DNA from: Gnetum montanum
Lineage: Eukaryota; Plantae; Gnetophyta
Direction of reading: 5' to 3'
Assembly: GCA_015680685.1 (NCBI GenBank)
Contig: MNCI01000357.1
Span: 94,450-156,166 of the forward strand
Length of the DNA stretch: 61,717 bases
The position numbers and the translations under genes are program-made. Under the pieces are notes generated by a model. The model saw only the letters and a program-made list of their open reading frames with translations. It had not been told where the DNA came from and did no database searches. This document shows positions 1-12,993 of this stretch, piece after piece (the stretch's first letter is position 1; every line of letters starts with the position of its first letter).

Positions 1-439
1 TAATTGGTTGGCCAAGTTACTTGGGAGAGAAGTTAGGTGAGATATTTTTGAATATGTAACTTCCCTACCTACCTTGGAACCCTATAAAAAGGCTTCAAGG
101 GTCAAGGAAGAAGATCACCACACAATCAGCATCACTTCTCACACTTGGGAAGCAAAGAAGATTTGTAAAGAAGATTGTTTGCAATATGGCTTGCTAGAAT
201 AAAGATTTCAGCCTCTCTGTCATGGTCCTGTGAGTTATGCATTTCATTTTTTGTTTTGTTTAAATTGCTTAGCTAGTGGTTTAGATAGTATCATCCTTGG
301 CAAGTAATTTTGGGATTTTTAGATTGCTCTTGTTGTTCTTGTTGCCCGATAGAAATTTCTGTTAAAATTTGCCATAGAAGCGCTTGTGTTCAAAAAGCCT
401 TGAGAGCATTTTAGTAGTAAATTTCGTTATTGTGTAACA
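1..439 (+). mobile_element. Probable 3' part of an LTR (family unknown)
   Basis: TATA-like CCTATAAAA at ~81, an R/U5-like stretch, and an end in ...TGTGTAACA at 439. No partner LTR or clear PBS is visible. Confidence 0.35.
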
Positions 440-1092
440 TTTGGGAACTGCTATTGGATTGTTGGAAGAGAGCCTCTGTTTGTAGTCACGCCGTGGAACA
501 ATTTGGTAGTCGAGAGGGTTCAGAAAATCTTTGGTATTTTGATGGGACCAGAATAGCTTNNNNNNNNNNNNNNNNNNNNNNNNNNNNNNNNNNNNNNNNN
601 NNNNNNNNNNNNNNNNNNNNNNNNNNNNNNNNNNNNNNNNNNNNNNNNNNNNNNNNNNNNNNNNNNNNNNNNNNNNNNNNNNNNNNNNNNNNNNNNNNNN
701 NNNNNNNNNNNNNNNNNNNNNNNNNNNNNNNNNNNNNNNNNNNNNNNNNNNNNNNNNNNNNNNNNNNNNNNNNNNNNNNNNNNNNNNNNNNNNNNNNNNN
801 NNNNNNNNNNNNNNNNNNNNNNNNNNNNNNNNNNNNNNNNNNNNNNNNNNNNNNNNNNNNNNNNNNNNNNNNNNNNNNNNNNNNNNNNNNNNNNNNNNNN
901 NNNNNNNNNNNNNNNNNNNNNNNNNNNNNNNNNNNNNNNNNNNNNNNNNNNNNNNNNNNNNNNNNNNNNNNNNNNNNNNNNNNNNNNNNNNNNNNNNNNN
1001 NNNNNNNNNNNNNNNNNNNNNNNNNNNNNNNNNNNNNNNNNNNNNNNNNNNNNNNNNNNNNNNNNNNNNNNNNNNNNNNNNNNNNNNNNNNN

Positions 1093-1184
1093 TATCTGGG
1101 CCTTGGTATTGCCAGAGACCAGCGGGCACCTAAATCCTGTTCGAGGACACTCGTTGGCGGTCGCGTCCCAAACGGTCGCCAACA
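1093..1184. mobile_element. CpG-rich LTR terminus of a younger element emerging from the gap
   Basis: GC/CpG-rich 92 bp ending ...CGGTCGCCAACA (LTR-type CAACA end), then an abrupt switch to AT-rich decayed coding sequence. Confidence 0.45.
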
Positions 1185-2343
1185 CATTGATTCCATGCAA
1201 GACATCTATTATAATGGTATCATGCCCATTGCATATGATGAATTTTGTAATGTATTATTTAGGGAAAATGTTACATTTGAAAGAGGTCATGTTTAGAGGA
1301 GCCTAACGACTCCTGATGCTTTAACCTTGTATCTTATTGTATTATATAACATTATGGTGAAAGGGAGAAGTTACAGTTATCTACTACCACCCCAAGCCTA
1401 TGTGCTTTACTATCTTCTCATAGGACTACCATTAGAATTAGGGCTTACACTTTGTCAGGACATCATGATTCTATTTGCCAAGGAAAGGATACATGGACAT
1501 CCCTATCTCATCAGCTTGTTGATTCGTTAGAGGATTGTACCTATTTCAAAGACATCGTTACTCAAAGCCAAGAGGGATCTTAACAAATATGTTGAGAAGA
1601 GGGATCTTTCACATGCAACTAAATCATGACCTAGCACTAGATTGTAGAAGTAGAAGAAGGAAGCATCTCCATAGTTGAAAAGATCAAAATCCACTAGTGG
1701 CCAAATCAGTTTGTCACTAAAGGAGCTTCTCCAAACCTTTGCACAAGCTATCAAGAACCTCTCTTACTTGCGTAAGAGTTTAGATGTAGTTGGCATTCCA
1801 CCTCCCTCTGATTAATAGATGTTTGAGGAGGTTACTACTCCTCCTATTTCTAACAGTGAGGAGGATGCTCCTATCCCACTAAGGCATTCTACAGCAATCA
1901 ATCCTTTGCATGCATATAACTCAAGGATGGAGATTGATTCAAAGCTTGAGATACCACCAACTCATGTCTAGGGTGAGCATGATATTCCCATGCAGCAACT
2001 TGAGCATCATGATCCTATACCACCTATTCATTTAATTCCTCCATCAACTAATGCTCCCATCTCTTTTGAGCAGCATGCTATGGAGAGTATTTTTGGGACT
2101 TTGTTCTAATGGGTTCCAACTTAGTAGCCTCCAACTAAGCTAGATCCTATAGCTTCATCTCAATTTTGAGTGAAGCTTCAACCCTAATGAGCTTACATCT
2201 AGTAGATTGAGTCCTCTGATGAGGATACAAAGTAATCGAGCTAACCCAACACTAGCAATGATGACGATGAGGAGAAGACTTATCATCCATCCAAAGTAGC
2301 AAAGGGATTAGAGTCTAAGGATGTGGACAAGGCTAGTGATTGA
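1185..2343 (+). pseudogene. Decayed Copia accessory (env-like / putative plant transposon protein) ORF
   Basis: Translation LYLIVLYNIMVKGRSYSYLLPPQAYVLYYLLIGLPLELGLTLCQDIM..HPYLISLLI resembles the env-like domain, followed by a Pro/Ser/acidic tail. Many in-frame stops. Confidence 0.6.
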
Positions 2344-3105
2344 GACCTTGAGTGATTATTTTCTCTCTTTTTATTGATGTCCAAAAAGGAGGAGATGTTT
2401 TTTTTCTTTTTTTTTGTTTCTCACATATGTGATTCTAGGACTTTACACATATGTAACTCATGTGATGATAGATAGTTGCAAACTTATGTGGTTAGTGATA
2501 GATTTCATATGAGTTATAGATAGATGGTGTTTTCCTTTATTATCTTGGTATGGTATACCTTTGCTTATTACTTTTGAATTTTCATCCTTTCATTCTTTTC
2601 CACATACTACTAAATAACCTTAAACCTCAACGCTTTATCCTAATCCCTAGCTACCATAGAGATTTATGTCTTAATATATTTATTGGTTTTTAGAGCTAAG
2701 TTTATGTGCTTTATCCTTTTTGATGCTATTCAAAAAGGGGAAGAATATAGTTATATATTTGCATATCTACTAATCCATTTTCTTAAGTTTTGAACATCAC
2801 CAAAAAGCAAGAGATTGTTGACCTTTTGCTATGTTAAAATGCTAAGAAAAATGGAGAGCAAGGTTGTTTGTATGGTTGTGTCATTGTTGTGTTTGCAGGA
2901 CAAGATCTTAGATTGAGAAAAGAAGGCTTGTAGAAGATCAAGAACATGGACAAGGAACGAAAAATTCAAAATGCAAAGGGAGTTGAAGAAAGATATCTCC
3001 AAGAAATAGTAGATGTCTTGGAAAAATTGAAAGCAATATAGGGAAAGATGTCTCTACAAAACAACAAATGTCTTGGTAATTTGTTATACTTGTAATTTCA
3101 ATATC
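1185..3105 (+). mobile_element. Sirevirus(SIRE)-like Ty1/copia 3' region: decayed env-like ORF, multiple PPTs and start of 3' LTR
   Basis: Three degenerate CAAAAAGGGGGAGA-type PPT copies at ~2381, ~2731 and ~2801. The last reads CATCACCAAAAAGCAAGAGAT-TGTTG, with the LTR starting at 2816. This is the known SIRE multiple-PPT signature. Confidence 0.7.
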
Positions 3106-6100
3106 TTGGCTCATAGTGCTAGACACGGATCTTGGTGAGGAGAGAGTCCGTGTACAATTTGAAAACCTACCGATGAAAAGGGACAACTCGGCCCATCACG
3201 ACCATATCACACCCAACCCAGAGGACGGGTGGCACATAGTTGGAAAAAAAGGCCGAAGAGCAAACTAGAAACCTCTAGTCTCCGAAGGCGAGCCTAGACG
3301 TATAGGGGGTGGCCCCCTTCACAGAGCGTGACCCCCCAAGGCTGATGGGACACAAGGCCAGGCCGTAGCTAATGCTCGGACACTCCATAGTCCCGGCAGA
3401 CCGCAGAGGCATTCAATGGAGGTCATCCACAAAAAAGAGACATCGAAGATGGGACAGACAGCCTAGCCAATGGCTACGACCAAGTCCTACGTCCATGTGT
3501 TGATGGGTGCAGGGCCCCTGGCCACTGGGGACACCAGCCAGGTGAGCACCCAAGTAAGGATCGAAGCGAAGCAAGGCTTCCAGGGATCGCTGCACACACC
3601 CACGTCTAGGGAGGAGGGCCCTGCCTAGGATGATTAGTCACCACCACCAGCCATAAACTGGATAAACACCAGTAGAGGCTCGGCACAGTCCAGCCCCCCC
3701 CAAAGGGCCAAACCTACCTCGCACTCGGGGGATGGCGGTATCCCTGCCAGTGACCAAGGTTGGTTGCCCAGACAACACCCATTGGCACAAGGCCACGCAG
3801 CTCTTTGTTGATTTGGGAGTGCAACCCACACTCCAGGAAGTTTACCACCAATACTAGTCTCCATGAAGGTCCTCTCATGGAATTGCAGGGGCCAGGGTAC
3901 CCCATACAAGTGCCATACCCTGTAAAGTATGGTACGTGATGAGAGATGCGATATTGTGTGTTTACAAGAAACAAAGCTCCAATAGACAGAAGCCCATATT
4001 TTACAATGGCTGGGGTGGCATAGCCACCTGGTGGCTAGTAGGGGGCATGCAGGAGGCCTCGCCATACTCACCAAGATGGATTCATATGTTCTTGACACCT
4101 TTGATTGGTGCATCATGGTGCACCTACCAGGGACAGGCGTGTGGATCACCAATGTGTACGACCCTTAGGATTGGCAAGGCCGTCTTCAGGAGATTTCACG
4201 GGTGGCCGAGCTAATCCCTCACAACGCCAATTGGTTACTGATTGGAGACTTCAACCAATGACTCTACAGCTGGGAGAAGACTAGTGATAGCATGGAGGAA
4301 CCCCCGGGGGCACCTAAATTTCTTGCCCTATTACAGCGTCAGCATCTCTCTAACATTGAAATCGTAGGCTGCAAGTATACTTGGAGTAATCGCAGATAAG
4401 GCACAGCGTGGGTTCAATCCCAGATTGACCAGGTCTGGGTCAGCAACGTGCTAATGACTGATTGGAATATCTAGGCATTCGGCGTGGCTCAGATGGCTTC
4501 CGACCATCAGCCCATCATCTACCAGATGACGGGTGATGTTCCTCAGAGCCCCCGCCCATTCCGGTTTGAGCGCACCTGGCTACGCAAGCCGTGGCTGGGT
4601 AAATTGGTTTGGAACATCTGGCAAGACTACCCGAAATCGGAGGACCCACGTGATTTTCTGAAACACGGGTTAAAGACCCTCAAAAATCAAATCAAAAATC
4701 TCCGATTAGCAAAAAAATACGGTTTCAAAGGGTACCGAACCCAGATCCAGGCCAAACTGCAAGCAATTTAGTAGCAACAAGAGCAAGGGGCCGACCATAC
4801 CCGTGAGGGGCTCATCCTCTAGGCTGAACTCCAACTACTGCACCAAGAAGAAGAAGAATACTGGCACCAACGGGCATGGGTGCAGTGGCTGAGGGCAGGG
4901 GATCGGCATACGAAGTTTTTTTTTTTTTTGCAATGGCGAAGGCACACTGCGGAACACGCCAACGCCCGCTGTTGTGCTTCTTGCAGGGTGACCCAACGCA
5001 CCCTAACTCTGGTGCAGACAATCAGCTGCAGTATTGGCAACAGGTCTAGAAGTGGTAGCCCACAGTCTTGATCTCAGTGCCCGTGTAGAGAATTCTGAAT
5101 CTGGTAGATAATTCTCATCTTCTGCAACCATTCACGCACCAGGAACTCCGAAACGCTCTACAGAATATGCAGGCGGACAAGGCCCCGGGGCTAGACGGGT
5201 GGCCCATTGAATTCTTCTGTGAATTCGAGGTCGTGTTGGGGGTGAACCTGCTCGAAGCATTTAACTGCATGCTTGCATGGCGACAGGTTCATAAAGAAAT
5301 CAACTGCTCCCACGTGGTCTTGCTGCCAAAAAAGGATTCGCCCACATCCCCAGGGGATTTTTGCCCCATCGGAGTTTGTAATTCGCTGATGCATTTGTTC
5401 TCTTGCACGCTTGTGGCTAGGCTGCAGCCCCTCATGCCTCACCTGGTGGGTAAAAATTAGGCTGCTTTTATAAAGGGTCGTCATCTCCAAGACCAAGTCC
5501 TACTGCTGTAGGAAATTCAGCACTCCCTTCGGATTGCAAAACTCCCAGGGCTATGCATCAAACTCGACATAACCAAGGCCTACGACTCCATGAGTTGGGT
5601 AGCTTTGAGGATGGTAATGCAAGAGAAAGGTTTCGACAAGGCCTTCGTGGAGTTGTGCCTGTAGATCCAACGCGGAGGGCATTTCTCGTTGGACATCGAT
5701 GGCCACCTATTGGGTTTTCACAGAACTGGATGGGGGCTTCGTCAAGGTGACCCCCTCTCTCCACTGCTATTTCTGATGATGATGGACCTCCTGTAAACAT
5801 ACTGTGCCGAAGAAGGGGTCCAAGGGCTCAATATGCATGGCATCCCCTGCCTCACCACCCATTATGTGAACAACACCATGATCTTCACTAGGGCCACGGT
5901 GCCGCAGGCCTGGGCGTTAACAAGGGTGTTGCATCGGTTTCAGCAGGAAGTGGGGCTGGCACCCAACACCAGGAAATCAACGTTAATTTTCACGCACACC
6001 CACTTGGCGGTTCGTAGCAAAATCATCCAAATCCTGGGGATCCTGCTAGGAGAGGCAAACGATAAATATCTGGGAATCCCCATTCACAACTAGCATAGAT

Positions 6101-7676
6101 TACAAACTTGGCAGGCCCTCTTTATGCGAATTCAAAAACACACAACTCTCTAGACGAATAGCTTCCTGTCTCACAAAGGAAAAATCATGCTGGCCTCTAT
6201 GGTGCTTGGGTCCATGGCAAGGTTTGCTGCATCGATGGCCTCTCCGCCTGCTGGAGTCGCCACCAAAATTGATGCAATTATCCACGATTTCGTGTGGTCA
6301 GGCAGTAAGGGGGGAGGGGGCGGGGGAGATGCACCTAGTGGTGTGGGCCAAAACAACATGACCTTGCAATGCGGGGGGGGGGGGGGNGAAGCTGCCTTAG
6401 GGCATCAAAGACTTCTCCGGTGAATTTTTGTGTCACAGGAGGACCCCTCCCTCTAGGAGCAAATCTTGCGGCAGAAATATTGCCCCTGGATAGCGTCTAG
6501 CACCGATTCTCATGCTTGGAGGTAGCTGTGCATGCATGTCAGGTCTCTAGACACCGTTGATGAGCTCTCCCTACATCCTAGGTAGCTCCTTCAGAAACAA
6601 TTCCTACAGACCCCCATTGGATGCGGCTCTGGAAGGGCATCATCCCCGAGAAAATCAAAACCTTTGGATGGTTGATCATTCATCAGGCCCTTCCCGTGTG
6701 GACCTTGCTATAGACGTGTGGCCTAGCAATCACTCCCAATTGCCCCATGTGTAACCAACACACAGAAACATTATGGCACTTCATACATGAGTGCCACGTG
6801 ACCAGGCATTTCTAGCGTATGACTGGCCTCCCGTCCCCAGATTTCTCTGGCAACTCCCCGACACTGGCTGCACTCTGGATTCTGTGGAAGGCCAGGAACG
6901 AATATATCTTTAAAAGGGGACCCTCCCTCCCACGGCCGTGCTGGCTGGCAGAACCCGTAAGCTCTGGCAAGAAATTAGCATTGCTATGGATCCTCATGCC
7001 CACCTTAAGTCTCCTGCGACTGGCCTCCAATGACTCACGGATTCCAGGCACTGGGTTTTGAACATGGGGAAACAACACAAGAGAAAAAGGCGAGAGTCTG
7101 ATGAGGAGGTTAAAATGATAGCAGGTACCTTCCAAGATCAGGACCCTTCGAGACCAAACCTGGAGGCAGACTCACCAGCAATAAAAGATCATACCTTTGG
7201 CAACACGAAAGGGCAACAACCCACATCCCCTAGCTAGTTGCCCATCCAGACGCTGGTATGGATTGAAGGCGTCCTCCAGAACCACATGACAGGCATCAGA
7301 CAGATTGTTGAGAAAAATCAACGTCGCCTGGAGGCTACGGCAGGGCAGCCGGGTCATAGCACACACCTGGTCAACACCAACCAACAGTCCAAGCACAATT
7401 CTCTCGGCAGATAGCGTGTGTTGGGGGGGGGGGGAGGCCACCTTAGAGAAGGGGTACCTTGGTAATCATTTGTAATTCATGATTGGCGGTTGTTCGCCAG
7501 ATAATGGCCCTTTCAGGGAAGGCTGGCCATCGTGGGGTTGTTGTGGCGGGCTAGGAATTTTTTCGGGTGCTACCTTTGGGCGGCATGGGGCCAGCAGCTC
7601 TGGCCTGTGCTGTACAGATGTATAGTTGCGTTTTTTTTCTAGAATTTAATACACTCGACCTTTTCCAAAAAAAAAA
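3106..7676 (+). mobile_element. 5'-truncated degenerate L1-clade LINE
   Basis: GC-rich block with the end of ORF1, ORF2 and a poly(A) tail at 7667-7676. The 5' boundary is approximate and no TSD was found. Confidence 0.92.
3863..7445 (+). pseudogene. LINE ORF2 (APE endonuclease, RT, zf-RVT, probable RNase H-like), disrupted
   Basis: MKVLSWNCRG at 3863, IGDFN, YTWSN, SDHQPI, PFRFE, KAPGLDG, GLRQGDPLSPLLF (~5734), HYVNN (decayed YADD), KYLGIP and CPMCNQHTETLWHFIHEC. Stops and frameshifts throughout. Confidence 0.93.
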
Positions 7677-8639
7677 TTTGTTTCATATGAAGAAGTATTT
7701 AGTATGTATGTTCATGATTAGGAATCAAGTAGTAAATATTACAACAATAATCATGAACATAAAAAAGCATAATCATATTGTATTCTAAATTCTTATGTTG
7801 ATTCCTACTATCTTCGTTATTTGACTATACTTGTGTTTGCATTGTCAAGACATCTATCCACAATCAAAAACAAAATTTGTTAGCATAATCATATTTATGA
7901 GTATATACTATCATAGTTAAGAGATGGAAATAAAACTATAGAGAAACACCCAATTCACTTTCAAAGCATCTACAATGCCTTTTTAAAAGTACCCTAATCC
8001 CTTTCAAACTAAGACAACTCACTTAAAATAAAGCTTTTCCAATGTGATTTAGCCTTTAGGAGAGTTAATTGATCATCCTTCTCTACAATTACTCTCTGCA
8101 TTTTGGAATTTCAATTGTTAATTTATCTCAAAAACTACCTTACTGGAATAGATAATGAAATTAAAGTGAAACTCTTTTTTTTTAAAAAAAAAGTATTAAA
8201 AAATACTATTGAGAATTTTTAATATGATAATGAAATGGTTGTCAAGAAACAAGTGTAATAATGACAATGTTAACCCAATGGTAACTAATCTATAGTCCAA
8301 ACATACAACTATGAAAAATTTAGTTATGGCTTATTGAAAAGAACATTTGGCATCCAACATATGGTGACACACAACATTTAAACTCCACCAAATTATCAAG
8401 GAACAAATGAATTCAGAATTATAAGAAATTTTTTTAATGAAAGGCTATTTTTGATATCAAATGAGTGATGTTCATTATATAAACTCAAATCTAAAATTCA
8501 AATTAAAGCTTAAACCCATTATGAGTGGATAATTCTAGTAGCCTCTAACAAAGATTGATCTCAATGTTGTTACTAACTCTCATTAATACTTTTAGTGGCT
8601 ACATTTTGGTATACTTGTAAGCTTTTAGATGTTACAGAG

Positions 8640-11410
8640 GCTTCCAATGGGTTTTTGTGAGCACTATGAGCCACTGTGAAGTGCAATTCTCACTGGTAGA
8701 TGTTTGATCCTTTTGGAAGGCAAAAAATGGTTAGCATTTTGGGCCACGAAAGGCACACATCCTATTGGAATTAGTTTCCATGGAATGCAAGGCATTACGC
8801 CCAACACTCACATGTAGTCCTCATCAAAGACATTCAGTCCTTCCACAATGTAATAGATGATTGGCATTTTCAATCATTGGAAGACAAATACCCTTCCAGA
8901 ATCTAGTTTTCAAGAACTACAAGGCACTACATCCATCACTATCACACAGTCTACACTACAAAACATTCAGTCTTTTCGAAAGAAAAGAAATGATTGGCAT
9001 TTTGGGTGACCAAAAGGCACACACCCTACTGAAGCTAAATTCCATGGATTGCAAGCCATTATACCCAACACTCACACGTAGTACATTCAGACCTTCCAAA
9101 TGATAATAAATCATTGGAATTTTTTTCCAATTGAAGGTAAATACCCAACTTGAAGCCAATTTTCAAGGATTGTGAGATACTACATCCAACATGGTCATGC
9201 AATCCTCAGAAAAAGGTGTTTGGTCCTTCCATAAGATAAAAAATGGTTGGCATTTTGGACTATCGAAAGGCACACATCCTATCAAAAGCCAGTTTTCATG
9301 GACTACAAAGCAATGTGTGTAGCACTCACATGTAATCCTCATAGGAAGATATTTTCTTCTTTTATAAGGTAATAGATGATTGGCATTTTCCACCATCGAA
9401 AGGTAAATAGCCTTCTAGAAACCAATTTGTGAGGACTGTAAGGTACTATGCATAGCACTATCATAGAGTCCTCACCAAAAGATTTTTTGTCCTTTTAGAA
9501 TGCAAAAAATGATTGGCATTTTGGGCAACTAGAAGGCACACACCATACTAAAAGCCAGTTTCTATTCACTACAAGGAACTATGCCCAACACTTGCATGAA
9601 GTTCTCATTGGAAGAAATTTGGTCTTTCCGAAAGGTAATAGATGATTAGCATTTTCTACAACTAGAAGGAAAATACCCTTCTAGAATCCAATTTTTCAAG
9701 GACTACAAGGCACTACACCCACCACTGTCATGTAGACCTCATCAAAAGACATTTGGTCCTTCTTGAAGGTAAAAAATGGTTTGCATTTTGGGCCATGAGA
9801 AGGCACACACCCTACCAGAAGCCAATTTTCATGGACTACAAGGCACTACACCTAGCACTCACATGTAGTCCTCACTAGAAGACATTCAATCCTTCTGGAA
9901 GGTAATAAATAATTAGCATTTTCTAGCACCAAAAGGAAAATACCATTCTAAAATCCAATTTTTGAGGATTGTGAGCCACTACACCCAACATTGTTATGCA
10001 GTCCTTACCATAAGACATTCAATCATTCCAAAAGGCAAAAAGTGGTTGGCATTTTGGACCACTAGAAGGCATACATCCTACCAAAAGTCAATTTCCATGG
10101 ACTGTGAGGTGCTACACCCAACACTTGCATGAAGTCCTCATTGAAATACATTTGGTCCTTCTAGAAGGTAGTAGATGATTGGCATTTTGGGCCACAAGAA
10201 GGCACACATCCTACTGAAAGCTAGGTTTTGTGGACTCCAAGGCATTGTGCTCAACACTCGCATGCAGTCCTCACCAGAAGACATTTAGTCCTTCCAGCAA
10301 GTGATAGATGATTGGCATTTTCTACCACCAAATGGTACATACCCTTTCGTAATCCATCTTTACATAAATTGCAAGTCATTACGACCAACACTATCTTGTA
10401 GTCCTCACCAAAAGACATTATGTCTTTCCAATAGGTAAAAAATAGTTAGCATTTTGGGCTACTATAAGGCACACACCCTACCAGAAGCCAGTTTCTATGG
10501 ACTACAAGGTACTATGCCTAGCATTCTCACATAGTCCTCACTGGAAGATGTTCAATCCTTCCAATGAGCAATAGATGATTGGAATTTTTAGTGACCGAAA
10601 GGTCATTACCCTTCCAAAAGCTAGTTGTTGAGGACTATGAGGCATTGCACCCAACAATGTCATGTAGTCCTCACTGGAAGATGATTGGTCCTTCTAGAAG
10701 GTAATAAATAATTAGCATTTTTAGCCACCAGAAGGAAAATACCCTTCTGAAATCCATCTTTACATAAATTGCCAAGTTATTGCAAAAAAAACTATTAGGA
10801 AATCCTCACTAGAACACATTTTATCCTTCTAGAACACAAAAATTGATTGGCATTTTGGACCACCAAATGACACATACCCTTCTAGAAGCCAATTTTCGTG
10901 GACTACAAGGCACTACACCAAAAACTCTCATGTAGTCCTCATTAGAAGACATTCGATTCTCTTAGCAAGCAATAGATAATTAGCATGTTTAGCCACCTGA
11001 AAGAAGATACCCTTTCGAGATCCATCTTTAAATAAACTGCAAGTTACTATGACTAATGGTGTCATGCAATCCTCATAGAAAGACATTTAGTACTTCTGAA
11101 AGGTAAAAAAACGATATTATCAGTGACTGAAAAGAATAATCCCATCTGGTAGCTAGCTTTTCATAGATTGAGTGTCACTACAAGCAACACAATTGCACAA
11201 TCCTCACTAGAAGAGGATATGTGGACCTTCTGACAAGCAAAAAATCATTGGAATTTTGGCCACTGGAAGGCACATCCTAGTCTGAATGCCAATTTCCATG
11301 CACTGCAAGCCACTACAATCAGCACTATCATGCAATCCTCACCAAGTGACATTTGATCTTTCCAAAAGGCCAATTTTCATAGGTACAAGTACCCACTAGA
11401 AGGCACTTCC
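8640..11410. repeat. Tandem array 1: ~21 units of 133 bp, mostly alternating A/B (266-bp higher-order repeat)
   Basis: The TTGGCATTTT anchor recurs at 8731, 8861, 8994, 9114, 9247, 9380, 9513, 9646, 9780, 9913, 10046, 10179, 10312, 10446, 10579, 10712, 10847 and 10980. A units carry GAAGGCACACA and B units carry GGAAAATACCCTT. Confidence 0.95.
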
Positions 11411-12845
11411 AGTACTAGTGCCACTGGTTTTCACAATTATTACTAGAAGGCTAATTTTTGAGGTAGATTTCATATACTAGAAGGCACATCACGTTCCAAT
11501 TGTCAAGTTTGTGCATACTACACATTGTTGCGATTAGCATGATCTCATAGGGTTTGTGGATCAACATGCAACTCATTATAGGTTGCAAGATTTGCGAGTC
11601 TCAAGAAGGTGCGATTAAATGCAAGTTGCACTCTACATGGTCGATAGCATGAGTATACATCCACATTAGCATAAAGCACATCATTTTACATACATGGACA
11701 TTATGACTCATGCATACACATGGGCACACCAAGTACATCATAGGCTTTTTAACTAAGAACAACAATAACCATGTCCCTCATGTAACCAAAGGATGAGAAG
11801 TGTATCTAAATGAAAAATAGGTGGTTTCATGTGTAGAATATTCTATGAAATATTAACTAAATTAAAAGCTTACACCATGTTAAAATTCAAATCTTGAGAA
11901 TAAGAAACATATTTGGCAATCATAATGGAAGTGTGGTTCAAAAATTGACTTTCCTATGGAAAAGGACAGACCCTTTGAATTTGACCTCATGCAAAGTTGG
12001 ACATAGGCAACTTGCCTATATATGCGATATTGGAAATTGAAATAAGTGAAATATAGGTACACCTTAAAATTTATAGAGGTCAATGCTATATAGTAGAATC
12101 AAACTTGTAGAAGTTGCTGCTATATGATAGAATCAAACTTGTGACCTAGGGTTACTAGGCCAAGACCCATTCCACTAAACTAACACCTCATTGTTTACTT
12201 GCCTATATATGTCATTGACTATATTCTACAATTTCTTTTGTCGGTAAATGATATCAAAATAGCATATATAGATAAATTAGTGAAAATTTTTCTATAAAAT
12301 GTATAAATACATTTTTAAAAATATTTGAAATTCCAACACTCACTGCGTGTGTTCACAAGAGCATGCCAGACATTTCCAATTTGAGCCTTTTTTTGAATTG
12401 GAAAATGTTGAGGAAAAATAGAATAATAAAATATCCTCCTTGTTCTTGTTTATAGATTATGATAACATAATTGTTGAAAGATAGGTTAGAATGACAAACA
12501 AAGAAGTTATGTGCAGAGGCCTTTAGTTGGACATGGAAACCTAGCAGCTGGGGCATCTCTTATGAATGCCAAAAATCTTACTACTTTGAGCATATGATAG
12601 TACTAAAACAATGGAGAACTTTATTTCTTTTTTTCATCATACCCATCACTATTTTCTTAGTGGGTATCCCCATGTTTTCTTAGTGGGCCTAATTCCACTT
12701 TACAAATAATAATGACTTTGTTGGCAATATAATGACATAGAATAAATGCATTTCGGATGTGGGATTTGAAATCTCATGTCATCTCTTGCTAGATTTGTGC
12801 TTTAATGAGTATTGTTGGATGCAATTTAGCTCTGCAGAGAAAAAA

Positions 12846-12993
12846 ATGAGCACAGATTGTAGTACAAATGATCTGATGTTTGAATCCGTGATAGCTATTA
12901 TGCCTGAATTGGATCCCATGTTTGAATCTACCAAAGCTCTTCAAAATGCAATGTTGGACAGATTTCTTAGAGAATGTGGGATGCCAGTATCTC
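12846..12993 (+). pseudogene. GH3: GH3 exon 1, 5' part
   Basis: MSTDCS...ESTKALQNAMLDRFLR then, after a frameshift, ENVGCQYL. This matches the GH3 N-terminal Q..L..IL..N...EYL and joins KHHGLNG at 17534. Confidence 0.7.

Noticed and set aside
362-1296. Long ORFs in the track spanning 560-1092 (also at 15884-16711 and 31805-32205)
   Set aside because: They are artefacts of N runs translated as X.
3090-7700. LINE target-site duplication
   Set aside because: No matching direct repeat at either flank, and the SIRE LTR does not visibly resume after the LINE.
7680-8640. Possible second Ulp1/MULE remnant on the minus strand
   Set aside because: Too decayed; I could not read a convincing catalytic motif.
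8640-11410. CRISPR-like array or repeat-protein (LRR/ankyrin) gene
   Set aside because: Whole units are homologous with no unique spacers, there are no cas genes, the context is eukaryotic, and the period is not a multiple of 3.
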